Position numbers and translations under genes: made by a program. A DNA stretch of 64,000 nucleotides from a virus (Duplodnaviria; Caudoviricetes): IMG/VR virus record IMGVR_UViG_3300020042_009256, positions 9,168 to 73,167 of that record, one strand, 5' to 3'. Shown piece by piece: positions 54,017 to 61,238 of the stretch (its first letter is position 1; each line of letters begins with the position of its first letter). The notes under the pieces are model-generated. The model was given only the letters and a program-made list of their open reading frames with translations. It ran no database searches and had not been told where the DNA came from.

Positions 54017-54433
54017 TTAAGCTCCCTTACCTTTGGTTGACCTTCTTGAAAATCTACTGGGGCTAGTTGGCATTCCTTGCGCACTAGGATTATTTGAATT
54101 CCTTGTTAAAGATCCAAGGGAACTTAATTGTTGCCTTGATTGCGGAGCATTATTCAATGCGTTTTGAGAATACATGGCATTTTGATTGTCCATTTCACGC
54201 TGTGCAGCTGCTTGCTGCTCACGTTGCGTATTTATAGCACGTTGATAATTTTCTTCTTCTTGTTGAAAACGAACTTGTGCGGGGTCTACTCTGCTTTCAT
54301 CCCGTTGAGGTTCTGTATAACGTGGTGCTTCCTGTTGTACGACAGGCTGAGGGGCTGCTACACTTTCTTCCCTCGCTGGTGGACTATAAGAACCACCTCC
54401 TCCTCTACCGCTATTTGGTCTGGCTCCGCCCAT
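54017..54433 (-). CDS. Q-rich low-complexity protein
   Basis: TAAAAT box 24 nt upstream. Confidence 0.65.
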   Translation of the reverse strand: MGGARPNSGRGGGGSYSPPAREESVAAPQPVVQQEAPRYTEPQRDESRVDPAQVRFQQEEENYQRAINTQREQQAAAQREMDNQNAMYSQNALNNAPQSRQQLSSLGSLTRNSNNPSAQGMPTSPSRFSRRSTKGKGA

Positions 54434-54468
54434 GATTAAAATTTATTCCTGTCTTAATTTTAAACTAA

Positions 54469-55092
54469 TTACTCTTCTAATTGCATGCGGGCCCACACAC
54501 TCATTGATGCTTCTTCCAGGGGACCTTCAATTGGATCGTCTTTAAAAATAAACATCAACTCACGAATAGCCCTATCAGCACCGGCCATTAATAAACCCTT
54601 GCGATCTTTGGTAGAAGTAAATTGCTCAACCTGGGCAATTGTTCCACGAAGTTCTTTTTGCATTGAAGCAACACGTGCAACACCTGCGTCACGTTTAACC
54701 GTTCCTGTTTCTACATCTGCGCGTAACTTACGAATATCTTCCTGCATTTCATCAATCTCGTACAGAAGAGTTTTACGATGATCAGGTTTTTTGTAATTGT
54801 CTTTTACCCAAAGATCACACGCAACAATACTTCCTTGATAACCAAGGAACCTAGCGTATAGAAAAATTTCAATTACCGAATAGTTTTCTGAGGAAAAAGA
54901 ACAAAATGATTCCTGGGTCGATGCATTTAAGTTGTCAACCCAAGTATCAAAAACCTCAATATCGATAAGCTCGTTGGGCCTGGTAGTAATCTCGCTCTTC
55001 GTCTTTGCGTTTAAACGTATCTTGTTGCTCTGTGCTTGCCCGAGCCTCTTCTCCTTGCTTACCAATGGTTTCACGCTCTTGTCCGGCTGCAT
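54469..55092 (-). CDS. helical protein, possible terminase small subunit
   Basis: Helical, close to terL; the function is a guess from position. Confidence 0.35.
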   Translation of the reverse strand: MQPDKSVKPLVSKEKRLGQAQSNKIRLNAKTKSEITTRPNELIDIEVFDTWVDNLNASTQESFCSFSSENYSVIEIFLYARFLGYQGSIVACDLWVKDNYKKPDHRKTLLYEIDEMQEDIRKLRADVETGTVKRDAGVARVASMQKELRGTIAQVEQFTSTKDRKGLLMAGADRAIRELMFIFKDDPIEGPLEEASMSVWARMQLEE

Positions 55093-55255
55093 AACCTACC
55101 TTCTTGTTGCTGGTGTCAGATGAAAGATCTTGCCAAATCTTAGCGCCTTTAGCAGCTTCTCTTGCTTTATTCTCATCGAACAATATAGACCCGTAGTCTA
55201 TATCTTTATCTGATGGATCTGCAATATCAAAAACACCGCTTGTGGTAGTTGCCAT
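54956..55255 (-). CDS. small acidic virion-region protein
   Basis: 99-aa ORF ending QAQRAYRY. Confidence 0.65.
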   Translation of the reverse strand: MATTTSGVFDIADPSDKDIDYGSILFDENKAREAAKGAKIWQDLSSDTSNKKVGYAAGQERETIGKQGEEARASTEQQDTFKRKDEERDYYQAQRAYRY

Positions 55256-55260
55256 TTTAT

Positions 55261-55407
55261 TTATTGTTCATTAGAAGAGTCTACTGCATTATTTTTCTTT
55301 TTTTCAGCTTGCTGTTTTGCGTAATCGTATGCAACAGAAACCGCCTGACGATAGGAATCCAAATCTTTTTGATTTGAATTCTGTTTATTGTTGTCGGCGG
55401 TTTGCAT
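55261..55407 (-). CDS. 48-aa peptide (below the ORF cutoff)
   Basis: MQTADNNKQNSNQKDLDSYRQAVSVAYDYAKQQAEKKKNNAVDSSNEQ. Confidence 0.6.
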   Translation of the reverse strand: MQTADNNKQNSNQKDLDSYRQAVSVAYDYAKQQAEKKKNNAVDSSNEQ

Positions 55408-55434
55408 GTTTTATTAAACTAAACAAATAAATGT

Positions 55435-55593
55435 TTAGTAGCTGCCAGGGCGCTGTGCACGATCAGCACCGTAGCTGCCGGGACGCTGCTCCCTGCTAGA
55501 AGCATAACGACTTTTTTGTGCAGTACCTTTCAGTTTTGAAAGAAGCCCTTCAAAACGCTGGGTATCAAAATTACCAGTAGAAGGTGTGACCAT
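55435..55593 (-). CDS. 52-aa peptide (below the ORF cutoff)
   Basis: MVTPSTGNFDTQRFEGLLSKLKG..QRPGSYGADRAQRPGSY. Confidence 0.65.
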   Translation of the reverse strand: MVTPSTGNFDTQRFEGLLSKLKGTAQKSRYASSREQRPGSYGADRAQRPGSY

Positions 55594-55612
55594 TTTATTG
55601 TTTGATGAAAAA

Positions 55613-55777
55613 CTAGAAGTTGTTCATCATGCTGGCAAGACCCTGTGAATAGATATCACGGCGGCCTTCTAAAGATTTTTGACGTTGTTGACGACCCTTG
55701 GAAGCTTCGAGGCGGCTGAGCAGCTCCTCAAACTTATTAACGTCAAAATAGTCGTCGTTAGGTGCGGTTCCTGTCAT
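55613..55777 (-). CDS. 54-aa peptide (below the ORF cutoff)
   Basis: MTGTAPNDDYFDVNKFEELLSRLEASKGRQQRQKSLEGRRDIYSQGLASMMNNF; TATAAT upstream. Confidence 0.7.
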   Translation of the reverse strand: MTGTAPNDDYFDVNKFEELLSRLEASKGRQQRQKSLEGRRDIYSQGLASMMNNF

Positions 55778-55816
55778 GGTTAAAAATTTAACTAAAATAA
55801 TTATAGCAAGTTAATT

Positions 55817-56752
55817 TTAAAAGTTAAAACTTCCAACAAGACTATTATAAATCGAACCTTGCGATTGAACCTTGGCAAGTTCCTTAGCCCCTTCATTTTT
55901 TAACTTCTGTGTTTCTTTATCAATCTCACCTTGAAGATTGGTTAGGCCAGCACTGTACAGATATTGACGGGTGTCTTTAACGCCTTGAAGACCTTGCTGA
56001 AGTTCTTCAATACTCCTGCCCTGGCTAAAGTACTTTGCATAATCAGGTTGAGTAACCCCTGTTTTCTTTTCAAGACCTGCTTGATCTGAATAAGAAGGTA
56101 AGAGCGATGGGTCAAAATTAAATTTACGGGCTTTTGTAACTTTTGTTTTCTTTTCCCCAGTGGTAGCATCTGTGTACTCCTCAGTTCTGGCTTCAACGGA
56201 AGAACCAAATTGAGTATCAAAATAGTTGTCAAGATAGTTGTCGTTATATTTCTTGGTGTACTCAGGAGCTTTGTACAGAGCATTACGAAGATCGTCGTTG
56301 CTTGTGTAGTACTGTTGATCAAATTTTTGAAGCTGAGAAGTCTTTTCTTCTTCTGTAGGTGCACGACCAAGAATTTCTTGGTACGCCGAATCAATTGAAG
56401 TTTTCCTTCTGCCAGGCAGTAACTCTTGTGTATAAATATTTGTAAGGTTTGTGACGTCCGCTTCTGGCGGCGTCATATCATACTTACTTGCGTAATCACG
56501 AAGCTGTTGAGAAGCTTCTCCATAACCAAGTAAGCCTTGACGAAGTTGGGCTTCAACACCCGTCCGCAGGCCTGCGTAACCCGCTACACCAGTTGCTTTA
56601 CGCGCCTCATCAGCTGTCTTTTGTTCTGCTTTTTCTTTTTCAATACGTGCTTCAGCAGCTGCTTCTTTTTGCTGTTGATACTGCAGATACTTTTCAAAAG
56701 AATCGTCCTTTTGAACAGGGGGTGGGGTGTAATTTACTTTTTTGCCGCCCAT
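55817..56752 (-). CDS. probable internal virion protein
   Basis: 311 aa; contains AYQEILGRAP..PEY. Confidence 0.6.
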   Translation of the reverse strand: MGGKKVNYTPPPVQKDDSFEKYLQYQQQKEAAAEARIEKEKAEQKTADEARKATGVAGYAGLRTGVEAQLRQGLLGYGEASQQLRDYASKYDMTPPEADVTNLTNIYTQELLPGRRKTSIDSAYQEILGRAPTEEEKTSQLQKFDQQYYTSNDDLRNALYKAPEYTKKYNDNYLDNYFDTQFGSSVEARTEEYTDATTGEKKTKVTKARKFNFDPSLLPSYSDQAGLEKKTGVTQPDYAKYFSQGRSIEELQQGLQGVKDTRQYLYSAGLTNLQGEIDKETQKLKNEGAKELAKVQSQGSIYNSLVGSFNF

Positions 56753-56754
56753 GG

Positions 56755-57225
56755 TTACACCCTAAAAGAATCAAATGATGGATAAGAAATTTGGCCAAAC
56801 ATCCCCGCCTTTTCAGCACGTTGTTCAGCTATATTATTTTTTGTTGTTTGCACACCCAGTCGTGATTGAAGTTCTCGATACGCTGGGCTGTTTCGAAAGT
56901 CAAGCTCAGCTCTTCCAAATTCACGATCCATAGCTGCTTGTTTTGGATCTAGGAAACCAAGTTTGTATTGTTCAGCCTTTTGTTGACGACTCAGATCTAA
57001 ATCAGGGGACAAAACGTTACCCCAGTATTGAGCATTCTGGGCGCTTCCAAGGCTGCCAAACATGCCCATGACATTGTTTGCTGCATCTTGCTGCGCCCTA
57101 AAATCAGCTGAACGTGCAAGTATTGCATTAGCTTCTTGTTGTTTATTTCTGTTAAGAAGACCTTCAAAAAGACCTGCTCCCGCATTAATAGCAGCAGCAG
57201 CAACCGCTGGGGCTATAACAACCAT
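56755..57225 (-). CDS. probable internal virion protein
   Basis: Ala-rich N-terminus. Confidence 0.6.
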   Translation of the reverse strand: MVVIAPAVAAAAINAGAGLFEGLLNRNKQQEANAILARSADFRAQQDAANNVMGMFGSLGSAQNAQYWGNVLSPDLDLSRQQKAEQYKLGFLDPKQAAMDREFGRAELDFRNSPAYRELQSRLGVQTTKNNIAEQRAEKAGMFGQISYPSFDSFRV

Positions 57226-57266
57226 TTTCTATTTTCCTCTCGATTGTGTTTTCATTTTAAACCATT

Positions 57267-57815
57267 TTATTTAAAATAGTTTCTTTGACCAATAGCTGAG
57301 CCCGGACTTATCACTAATGTTGATGGACGTATGCTTGTTGTTGCTTGAAGAGCATTTGTATATGCATTGTCTAAGCGTTGCTGTTGTTCAGGGGATCCGG
57401 CAATTGCGCTTGAAATAGACTTCCCAAGATTTCCAATAGCGCTGTATAACAGAGCTTTTTGCGTACTCTCTTCACCTAATTTTTGCCTTTCTTTAGCAAC
57501 TCTTAATTGACTATCTTCAGTCATTTGTAATATTTTTGCTTGAGCGTCCAGATCCACTGGTCTATTTATCATAGAGTTAAGCATATCACTTTCAAGAAGA
57601 CTTCCAATGTAAGGTTTTGCATCTATACCCCTCTCATGTAGTGCTTTAATTTTTGCATCAAACGAGCCCAATGGGTTGCTCGCGCCGCCCGCAGGTTGAT
57701 TAAACCCTGTCCCAAAAGACATGTTTTTGAATGCAGGATTTTGGTACCAGCCTAAAGTCTGCGCTCCTTCGCGAATGCTTGCTGGGATTTGGGGTGTTAC
57801 AGGTGCCATGATCAA
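57267..57815 (-). CDS. probable internal virion protein
   Basis: 182-aa ORF fitting the tiling. Confidence 0.6.
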   Translation of the reverse strand: MIMAPVTPQIPASIREGAQTLGWYQNPAFKNMSFGTGFNQPAGGASNPLGSFDAKIKALHERGIDAKPYIGSLLESDMLNSMINRPVDLDAQAKILQMTEDSQLRVAKERQKLGEESTQKALLYSAIGNLGKSISSAIAGSPEQQQRLDNAYTNALQATTSIRPSTLVISPGSAIGQRNYFK

Positions 57816-58753
57816 CCAAAGTTAATAGAAGGGGCCGAGAGTGTTGCGCCTAGGTAAGGATTCTGACTGATAGCGGTACGGAAATTCGCTCCTGTTTCCG
57901 CTGCTGCCCTATCGGCTAACTTAAACATACCAGCTTGACGCCCAAGAGCTTGGTAAGAAGCTGTCTGGCTAGCAAGCATTGCCTGTGCGTTTACCAGGTT
58001 GTTACGTTGGATGCGCTCCATGAGAGGCATCATTGCTTTGTTGCGAAGCAGTTCGTCTTCGCGATTCATTTGTAATGTTTGCCGATCAAGGCCAAGTTGA
58101 GTAGTACCCAACGCGTTTGTTCTTTGCTGTTCAAAAGCAAGGTCACGCTCCCGCATCTGCTTGATGCGAGCTGCTTCAGTCAACGGAATACCAAGGATTG
58201 AAATTTCGGGGCCACTAACAGAACCAGCTGCTTCTTCTGCTGCTTTTTTACCGCCACCCACAAGTCCAGCAACGCCCTGTTGAACACCACCGCCGATAAG
58301 GGCTGGGGCCAAGAACCGTAGCCCCATGCCTGCTAGTTTCATGGGCGGAGGACCAGCCATCATTCCTTGCGTTAACACATTGACTGCAGCATTTGCAGCC
58401 ATACCAGCACCAACACCAATAGGTGTACTGATTGCTGCACCAAGAGGATCACCGGATAACAGTGTTTCAACACCACCTAACAGAGCACCAGACTTACCGC
58501 CACCTGCACCGCGAGCTTTGCCTTTTAAATTTGTAAAAGCACCGCCGGGCCTTTCTAATTCTTTTGTTAAGTTTTGCTGAGCATCACTAAACATTTGACC
58601 ACCTTGCTGAAGATAGCCACTTGCTTTTTGTCTTAACGCATTAACAGATCCACCGTTGGGATTTGCTGTAGTTGCTCCAGCATAAGGCGAAGAGTTCATG
58701 TACGCCTCCGCCTCCTGGGCTGCCCGAAATAGTCTTTGTTCCTCTGGTGTCAT
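57812..58753 (-). CDS. Gly/Ala-rich probable internal virion protein
   Basis: Hydrophobic Gly-rich centre and coiled-coil C-terminus. Confidence 0.6.
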   Translation of the reverse strand: MTPEEQRLFRAAQEAEAYMNSSPYAGATTANPNGGSVNALRQKASGYLQQGGQMFSDAQQNLTKELERPGGAFTNLKGKARGAGGGKSGALLGGVETLLSGDPLGAAISTPIGVGAGMAANAAVNVLTQGMMAGPPPMKLAGMGLRFLAPALIGGGVQQGVAGLVGGGKKAAEEAAGSVSGPEISILGIPLTEAARIKQMRERDLAFEQQRTNALGTTQLGLDRQTLQMNREDELLRNKAMMPLMERIQRNNLVNAQAMLASQTASYQALGRQAGMFKLADRAAAETGANFRTAISQNPYLGATLSAPSINFG

Positions 58754-58803
58754 TATGGAACGATACTTTTATTTCTGTAGTTAAATTCTATCAGCACTTT
58801 TCC

Positions 58804-59751
58804 TTAACTCATTGGTAGCTGAGAGTCAAGTTGTTTGGCCGCTAAAGCTTGGTTGGTAAGCAATCCAAGAATTGCACCACCTGCACTACCTGCTAACCCA
58901 CCTGCTACAGCACGCAAACTTTGGTTTCTTGGTCGTATTTGACTCGTGACAGTAATTGGTTTTTCATTTGGTAAAAGACTTGGTTGAAGTACTGTTTCTT
59001 TAGCTGCAGATTTAAGGCCTGCGCGTGCGCCAAGTACGCCACCAGCCAACGCCGTAACAGAAGGAATGCTAACGGGATAACCAAAAACCCTAGCCTCAGG
59101 CACTCCCTGCATATTCTCAGAAGTTGCTTTAACAGATCCAAGGAAAGCTGGATCATTATGAAGAAACCTCATGTAGTTGGTATAACGTTCTTTAGTTAGG
59201 GATGGTATTTCTTCTTTGGCATCTGAAAATTTTAAGGGGCGCCCTTGTCGACCTTGCATAAAACGTTGAAAAAGTTCGGTAGCCGGATCTAAAGATTTAG
59301 TAAAATCATTTGGATCTGGAATATTTTGCTTGTAACCTTTTGGCCTGCCTAAGTCTTCAACATTGGTAGGGTCATATGCACCAGATAAAGCAACTGCTGG
59401 TTGAATGGTTGCACCCAAAATTACAGATGATGTATACCTAGGGAGAACTCCTTTGGGATCAACAACAAGTCTTGCTGCTTTATCAGCTATTGCAATGGGA
59501 TGATTCAAATTCCACCATATATTCCTAGTATCATCAGCAATTACGTCTCCCACGGCGCGTGCCGTATATGCACCTAAAAATGCCAGCGGTGTTTCTTTAA
59601 AAGTGACACCAGTATTTGCAACTTCCTGTTTAAATTCTTTATCCCGAATAGCTGAAACACCACGACCACGGACTTCCGCCGCGTTCTTCATTGCATCTAT
59701 ACCAAGCTTAAAGCCTTGTACAGGTCCTTTAATGTTTAATAAATTTGCCAT
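58804..59751 (-). CDS. Gly-rich protein with C-terminal TM-like segments
   Basis: ALAGGVLG and AVAGGLAGSAGGAILG. Confidence 0.6.
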   Translation of the reverse strand: MANLLNIKGPVQGFKLGIDAMKNAAEVRGRGVSAIRDKEFKQEVANTGVTFKETPLAFLGAYTARAVGDVIADDTRNIWWNLNHPIAIADKAARLVVDPKGVLPRYTSSVILGATIQPAVALSGAYDPTNVEDLGRPKGYKQNIPDPNDFTKSLDPATELFQRFMQGRQGRPLKFSDAKEEIPSLTKERYTNYMRFLHNDPAFLGSVKATSENMQGVPEARVFGYPVSIPSVTALAGGVLGARAGLKSAAKETVLQPSLLPNEKPITVTSQIRPRNQSLRAVAGGLAGSAGGAILGLLTNQALAAKQLDSQLPMS

Positions 59752-60293
59752 TAGGATTCCTGCAGCATTTCAAGAACTTCTGGGGGAAGCGTTAAGCCAG
59801 GGTAATGAAAAGGATCTAATTGATTCATTGTCCCAGGAGACACAGGAACATTTCCCCCTCTATTAATAACACTGCGTTGAAGTAACTGTTGTTGAATTTG
59901 TGCTTGTTGATTTGATGGTTGTGCAACTGTTTGTTGAACAGGTTGTTGAGGTAACAAAGAACCACCCGTAACGTAATCAGTTAACGGAGCAGATGCTATA
60001 GAAGCTGCAAAGTTAACACCCTGTTCAATTTTAGATGGCGCATAACGCGTCGATGTAACACCATTCTTAATAATTGTTTCTGTTGTGCCAGGGGCAAACT
60101 TACGTGCTAATGCAACAGCTGGATAGTTTAATAAAAAATCACCTGCACCATAACCAATGGCTGCCTTTGGGCCATTCATCAACAAACCAAATCCTGCGTT
60201 CAAAGCTGCGCCAGGAATGGCCGCAGTCGCTGCTTCCTGCGAGAGTTTACCTGTTATTTTTTTTAATAGGTTTGGTCCGAGTTTTTCTAACAT
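59751..60293 (-). CDS. Ala/Gln-rich protein
   Basis: Coupled to the next gene. Confidence 0.6.
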   Translation of the reverse strand: MLEKLGPNLLKKITGKLSQEAATAAIPGAALNAGFGLLMNGPKAAIGYGAGDFLLNYPAVALARKFAPGTTETIIKNGVTSTRYAPSKIEQGVNFAASIASAPLTDYVTGGSLLPQQPVQQTVAQPSNQQAQIQQQLLQRSVINRGGNVPVSPGTMNQLDPFHYPGLTLPPEVLEMLQES

Positions 60294-60325
60294 GACAACC
60301 TCTTATGTATGTATTTTATCCGCAC

Positions 60326-60982
60326 CTAAGCCAGGGTTTTCCCTGGGGAAATATTTGTACCATCTTCGTTGTTGTCGGCTATTTTTTCTCCTTGTTTATC
60401 TTCAGCTTGTTTTTGTTCATTTATAACTTTAGATTGGCGATTTATTAAGCTAGCCACAGAAAGATCTTCACCCATATCAGACTTGACTTGGCCTTCTGCC
60501 ATACGCATTAAATAACCGTTTGGATCTGGGTTCTTTAATCGTGGCATTGGATTTTTTGCCATTTTTTCAGGATTTACAGTAGGACTGATTTTATATGCCT
60601 CCATCCACTGGGGGTTGTAATCCGGCTGGTCTTGTGGGCGTTGTGCAGTTTGGGCGCGTCCTTCATAAAAGTCGTAATCTTCTGCTCGTGCAAATTTTCC
60701 TAAATTACCAAATAGATAATAAGCGGACGTTACTTCTTTGTTATCATCAAAAAAAGGTGCGTTACCAACAAAATTTAGTTCTGGATTCAATACTTGTTTA
60801 CGCGTCATCATGCGCTTTGTTAAATCTTCCGCTTCAAAACGCGAAGGGTTCCAGGGATAATCACCTGTTGATGGCTTTGATCTAAACAGATCACCAAAGT
60901 TTAATTTTTTAGCAATCTCACCTTGTCTGTTAAAAGGGTTTTGAACATAACGTCCAAGATCAAGCCGAGCATCTTTTGCCAT
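60326..60982 (-). CDS. hypothetical virion-region protein
   Basis: 218-aa ORF. Confidence 0.6.
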   Translation of the reverse strand: MAKDARLDLGRYVQNPFNRQGEIAKKLNFGDLFRSKPSTGDYPWNPSRFEAEDLTKRMMTRKQVLNPELNFVGNAPFFDDNKEVTSAYYLFGNLGKFARAEDYDFYEGRAQTAQRPQDQPDYNPQWMEAYKISPTVNPEKMAKNPMPRLKNPDPNGYLMRMAEGQVKSDMGEDLSVASLINRQSKVINEQKQAEDKQGEKIADNNEDGTNISPGKTLA

Positions 60983-61236
60983 TATGTTTCAGTGGTTTTG
61001 GTTTTTTTCTTATTGTGCAATCCTACTAAAGTTTTACGTAAGTTAGCTTGCTTAACCGTTGTCTCATCATAATTATCTGGATTACTCAATACGTTCTCTT
61101 GAAGCTGAGCAGATGTAATTCCTTTGCGTTTAGCTTTAGCTGTAAACGCACCTTTTTTCATATCAGTAGATTGAATCCACTTCTCTTGTTTTTTCTCTTG
61201 TGTTTCTTTTTTTCCTTTGGTTTCTTTTTTAGCCAT
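60982..61236 (-). CDS. small basic protein
   Basis: KWIQ..KKGAFTAKAK..KQANLRKTL pattern. Confidence 0.7.
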   Translation of the reverse strand: MAKKETKGKKETQEKKQEKWIQSTDMKKGAFTAKAKRKGITSAQLQENVLSNPDNYDETTVKQANLRKTLVGLHNKKKTKTTET

Positions 61237-61238
61237 GA

